The position numbers were made by a program, and so were the translations under genes. Positions 32,775 through 37,006 of a stretch of DNA of 37,006 nucleotides are shown piece by piece (within the stretch, counting starts at the first letter, position 1; each line of letters opens with the position of its first letter). The notes below the pieces were generated by a model, which saw nothing but the letters and a program-made list of their open reading frames with translations, ran no database searches and was not told the origin of the DNA. Source of the DNA: Saprolegnia diclina VS20 (taxonomy: Eukaryota); the NCBI RefSeq assembly GCF_000281045.1, contig NW_008246076.1, positions 497,717 through 534,722 of the forward strand, read 5' to 3'.

Positions 32775-35287
32775 CTACAAGAGCCCGTACTCTTGCCGGC
32801 ACCGCTTGATGACGCCAATGAGAAAGCCAGACCGGTTCCGGACGCTGTCGAGGTTGGACGTCGTGTACCGGTTGAGCACTTCGAGCGCGAGCGGCTCCGA
32901 GAGCTGGCCGAGGATCTCGTAGCACTTTTCGGCCAACTCGTCGATCGACGCGAGGACGCCGGCGGCCACCATATGCGAGAGCTCCGTCTGCACCGAGAGC
33001 GGCATGTTGCGAATGTGTTGGTCAAACGCTGGGAGATGCGCCCACGGCATGGGCGCGCCAAGGTGGGCGCCCGTGGGTTGAAACGCCGACGGCGGGCGGG
33101 AAAAATCGCCGGTCGGAAACCCGCGCGGGTCGAGGCGGCCTTGGGGCGGCCCCGTCGCTATCCAGTCATCAGAGTGAGCAAGGTTCTTTGAACGTACTGC
33201 GCTCGCGCTCCATGACACGTGTGATGATGCCGACAAAGAAGCCGTTGATGTTGTCGACGTGCGCCGTGTCGGTCGATCGAAAGTTCTCGACGGCCCGCAG
33301 CGCAAGGTGGTCTGGCAGCTTCATGAGCCGAAGGAGCACGGTATCGTTGACCACGTCCTTCATGCGCGACGTCGCATACACATCTTCCATCGCATCACGC
33401 ACGGTCGGCGACAAGCGAGGGTACATGTCCGACTGCCGGAAGAGAGCCACGAGCGACGGCGTGGACGAACTGCTGCTGGTGCTGCTCGGCGCGGTCCGCG
33501 CCGCCGACGCAAAGAGCTTGGACTTGCCACTCGTCACCTTGAGGTCGCCGGGTGCCGAGGACTTCTCGGCACGGATCTGGTCCCACAGCGGAAACGACCG
33601 CACCGGCGTCTCGGCCAGGATCCCTTGGGGCGGCTGCGGCGGCGCGTAGCCAAATTCAAAGAAGCTCGAGTCGGTGGCGGTCGACGGGTCCACCTAGATA
33701 TGTATATGCGTGGGATCCGGCGATAGGATCTGAGGTGTACCTCGGCCACGGGGCGAAGCGAAGTGACGAGCGGGTTTTCTTGGTGGTACGTCAGTATCAA
33801 CTGCGTCAAGTGCGCGTCTTTGGCGCGAATCTACATGCGTGCATACGTCGCTGCGCCTCGAGATACAAGGCCAAACGACGTACGGTCGAGAGTGAGCTCT
33901 TGACAAAGCGGGAGACCACCGTGAGCTGTGCAAAGGCTGGGAGCTTGCCGAGGGCGTCGAGGGCGCTCGACGACCGCAGATCGCGCAGCGTAAAATTGGC
34001 CGCGCCGTCAGCCTGGCAGTCGAGGAGTCGGGCCCAAACAGCGTCGGCCAAGATCGGTGCCGGCTTGGGCGTCGCAGGCTCCTTCTTCATTGGCTTCTTG
34101 GCCTTGACGTCCGAAATGATGTCGCACAGCGCGGTATACGTGTCGGGCGGCACGGCGGACGCCGTGATCACAGCCTGGAAGCGCTTGATGACCTCGGCGG
34201 CGTGCACGGTTGTGAGCGCGTTCATGGCCAGCAGCGTGCGCTCGTCAAAGACCACGCTCGGCTCCGTGAGGCGAATCTCGGCCAACACGGCCTCGACGCA
34301 CTCGTGGACGCACGGCGGCAGCGGAAAAGCGCGGATCGGCGGCGTGTTCACGTCGTCGGCGGGCATTTCGTAGTCGTCTGGATCGTACGGCTCCATCTCG
34401 GCCGGGTCCGCGTCGTCCGCAAAGAGCGGCAGCATGGCCGACGCACCGTCCGTCGTCGTACTTGCTGGCGCGTCGTCACCATCCATCGTGACGTCGACGA
34501 CGTCGGTAGTCGTGGGCTCATCCTCCGGTGCGTCGGCTTGAGCGGGTGCTTCGTCGGTCTGTACGATCTCGGGCGTTTCATTGACCTGTACAGCGTCGGG
34601 CGCTTCGTTGACCAGGACGGCGTCGGGCGCTTCATCGACCTGTACAGCTTCGGGCGCTTCCTGGACCTGTATAGCTTCGGGTGCCTCATAGACCTCGGGT
34701 TCTTCTTGGACCGGCACGGCCTCGAGCTCGTTGGCCATCGGCTCATCCTCCGGGGCGTCGTGGACCTGCACGACGTCGGGCGCGGTGTGCGATTGCTCAG
34801 GCTCGGCTGCGTCGTCCATCTGGTCGGGCTCGATGCGCTGCGTCCACATCATCTCGGGCTCGTCGTCGTCTTGGATCGAGATCGGGCTATCGGCAGGCGT
34901 GGCGTCTGCGCTCTCTGTGTGTTCGGGATCGTACTCCATGGTCTTGTCCTCACCTGCGACGTGCTCGTGTGCGGCCACGTCGTCGCTGCGGCTGGCGTCA
35001 TCCAGCTCGACGGCGTCCAAGGCCATCGTAGGCGCTTCGGCTTCGACCACCTCCATGTCATGATCGTGCTGCAGCTCGCTCTCGTCGTCATCGCCGAGAC
35101 GCGCCTTCTTGGCGACATGGAGCACCGGCTTCTCGTCGTCAAAGTCGTCGTCATCCTCCTCCAGGTCGTCGCCATCCACCAAGTTTTCTTCCAGCGGACG
35201 CTTCTCCGAGACATGGCTCATCGGCAGGAAGCCAGAGTCGGCGATCGGCGCGGCCGGCCCTGTGGACCCCTCCATCGTCGCTTCCAT
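32775..35287 (-). CDS. Protein with a long acidic low-complexity N-terminus and four hnRNP-Q acidic-domain (NURR)-like repeats, 4 exons
   Basis: The repeats resemble the hnRNP Q/R AcD pattern (LDERA..AL..F....AL.VL..F..SDL..V.NKSAFL.GV...Y): FDERTLLAMNALTTVHAAEVIKRF; ALDALGKLPAFAQLTVVSRFVKSSLST|IRAKDAHL; LMKLPDHLALRAVENFRSTDTAHVDNINGFFVGII; LGQLSEPLALEVLNRYTTSNLDSVRNRSGFLIGVIKRCRQ. GT-AG introns join the ORFs 33806-35296, 33534-33809, 33169-33693 and 32775-33305. Confidence 0.78.
34546..34710 (-). repeat. Coding 27-bp (9-aa) tandem repeat, about 5-6 units, consensus EAP[E/D]AVQV[N/D/Q]
   Basis: The translation YEAPEAIQVQ-EAPEAVQVD-EAPDAVLVN-EAPDAVQVN-ETPEIVQTD-EAP shows the unit. GGGCGCTTC and GACCTGTACAGC recur on the plus strand in register with a 27-nt period. 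Confidence 0.85.
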
Positions 35288-35681
35288 TTGCACCAAGCAG
35301 TGGGGTCGAGATTAAGTGCGACGGATTCAACGTACTTAGCCGTTTTCGAACGTTGCGGCAAGTTCGACGCACTTAACACGAATCAAGTGGCGTACTTTAT
35401 CGAGACATTGTGTGACTACAAGGTAGTCAATGGGCGACAAGCAGTTAACTCGAGTCCTTTGGCACTGTCCGCGACAAACTTCGACAGCGATTAACGAGGA
35501 TGCATTGTATCTCAACGTTCAAGCATCTCTACCAGGTATACGAGGGTCCATCGCCAACACTAATACCAGTAGCGCCCTGGACAATGCGTCTGAATCACAT
35601 GTGTCACGCTCACCACGATAAGTTGTCTGTATTGGAATATACCACTTGGGCTTCAACGTTGAACATCGATGCCAATAAGAG

Positions 35682-36305
35682 CTATACCAGAATGACTTCA
35701 GCACCGCTCTCATCATCGCTCGATGGAACGAGCGCTTGGTCGACGATCGCGCGCGCTTGAGCCGCTTGCTGACTCTTCACGCGCTTGGCTTTGGCTTTGG
35801 TGATTACAGCAACGACGACCATGGCAAGTGCGAGACAAGTACACGCCGCGGAAATGACAAGGAGGGCAAAAGTTGTCGTTGGCGTCGTCGGTACAGCGGT
35901 CTTGTCGGTCGAATCTTCGGACGCAAACTTGTCTTCGACTTGCTTCGTACTGCCACCGATGGGAAACACGCAAGCGTAGTAGCTGGCGGCGCTGCTCTCG
36001 ACGACGGAGGCGACGATGCTGCAAACGGCGTTGGACGGGGCGACACACCCGACGCTTGGCACATAGCTCGGTAGAAACGGGGTGCAGTCTGCGATCGCAA
36101 TGTCGCCGACGCGCGGACAGAGAGTGCCGTGGACGCCACAGACGTCGCCTTCTATAGCGTACGTGGCGTCCCCCAGGACGTGCACGGGTGTGCTTTCACC
36201 GCTGGGTGATTCGATCGTAGGCATGTCTCTCTCACGCACGTGGTTAGAGGCGGCGTTCAGCTCCCCAAAAGCAACGAGATCGAGCAGTCGACCAAAGCGC
36301 ATCAT
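35682..36305 (-). CDS. Oomycete Cys-rich surface protein (domain seen in cyst-germination acidic repeat/mucin-like proteins) with a C-terminal transmembrane helix
   Basis: Single ORF containing VHVLGDATYAIEGDVC...CPRVGDIAIADC...LPSY...CVAPSNAVC...YACVFP, then a Thr-rich linker, a TM segment (FALLVISAACTCLALAMVVVAVI) and a basic stop-transfer KAKAKR. Confidence 0.75.
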   Translation of the reverse strand: MMRFGRLLDLVAFGELNAASNHVRERDMPTIESPSGESTPVHVLGDATYAIEGDVCGVHGTLCPRVGDIAIADCTPFLPSYVPSVGCVAPSNAVCSIVASVVESSAASYYACVFPIGGSTKQVEDKFASEDSTDKTAVPTTPTTTFALLVISAACTCLALAMVVVAVITKAKAKRVKSQQAAQARAIVDQALVPSSDDESGAEVILV

Positions 36306-37006
36306 GTGCTCTAGCCCAAAGAAAATGATTTCTCCTTACAAGTGGACCCCCATCGATCGAGTGGGTGGTCATGGAATGTATTGCGTCAACAAAGCGTTCA
36401 AAAAGCAAAGACATTCATATTTAGTGTTGTAGCATCGATCCAGCACGAATACGGCTTCGGGATCATGCCAATGAAGCGAAGACGACCCCCACTACACCTA
36501 TCGTCGTCGAGAGTTCAAGGCGACAACCTTCTACGGAGTCGATTGCGATCGTTCCTTGCACAGCACCGCAGTGCTACCAGTCGTAGTAGTGGTTCTATGG
36601 AACTAGGCGCATGGAAAAAAGATAGCAAAGGCCAACAGATACCGACACTCGACCTGGTTTTTGTACGGGGGCATGGCAAAGAAGCGCGAGCGGTTTCGTT
36701 CTGGGTGCAACTCTGTCAACGCCGCTGGATGCGCAGCCACCGACGCCCGGATGCAGCACATCAGATCTTAGCGCGAAAAGGCAGTTAATGGAGGCCATCA
36801 GGGATCGATTGACCATAGCCAAGCTCAATCAATGCATTCGTACAAGACTACGAGCCATGTGCGCTCGACAGCAAAGTTGCGCTCTTTGCACTTGTAACGG
36901 ACAGCGTTCGGATCGTGTTGCGATCTTTCGACGGTGTCGCTAGGTCGGTCGTTGCGATGCCAGCCAATCCACGCGCAGTCGTTTCCCTTGCCCGCCCTGT
37001 GATTGG

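Noticed and set aside
36342..37006. 148-aa plus-strand ORF at the right edge
   Set aside because: No domain, GTG start and atypical composition. The region is probably intergenic or promoter sequence and ends in a minus-strand CCAAT (GATTGG).

Overview
Gene-dense eukaryotic DNA (high-50s % GC by eye) with many short GT-AG introns, mostly 40-55 nt. Gene content (START-like/FYVE/GAF protein, oomycete Cys-rich surface domain) points to an oomycete, probably a Saprolegniales water mould (inference). The main feature is a ~17.6-kb tandem array (2185-19834) of eight paralogous genes, here called A-H, encoding ~520-550-aa multi-pass membrane proteins that I cannot assign to a named family. Each has an N-terminal [KRQ]VxP-like motif, a signal-anchor helix, a variable Cys-containing N-glycosylatable domain, a conserved membrane core (GDPT, YLSRT|VWFAY, EVDPT) and a C-terminal domain ending in W-C-[M/I/L/S]. 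The array shows birth-and-death evolution: a probable duplicated head-to-head pair, gene-conversion-like tracts, one copy with an in-frame TAG, one copy with a lost intron-1 acceptor, and two copies lacking intron 3. The right half holds single-copy genes: USP30-like deubiquitinase, J-domain protein, mevalonate kinase, START-like/FYVE/GAF protein, coiled-coil protein, SLC19 folate/thiamine carrier, a protein with four hnRNP-Q acidic (NURR)-like domains, and a Cys-rich membrane-anchored protein. All gene models were read by eye and no database search was run.
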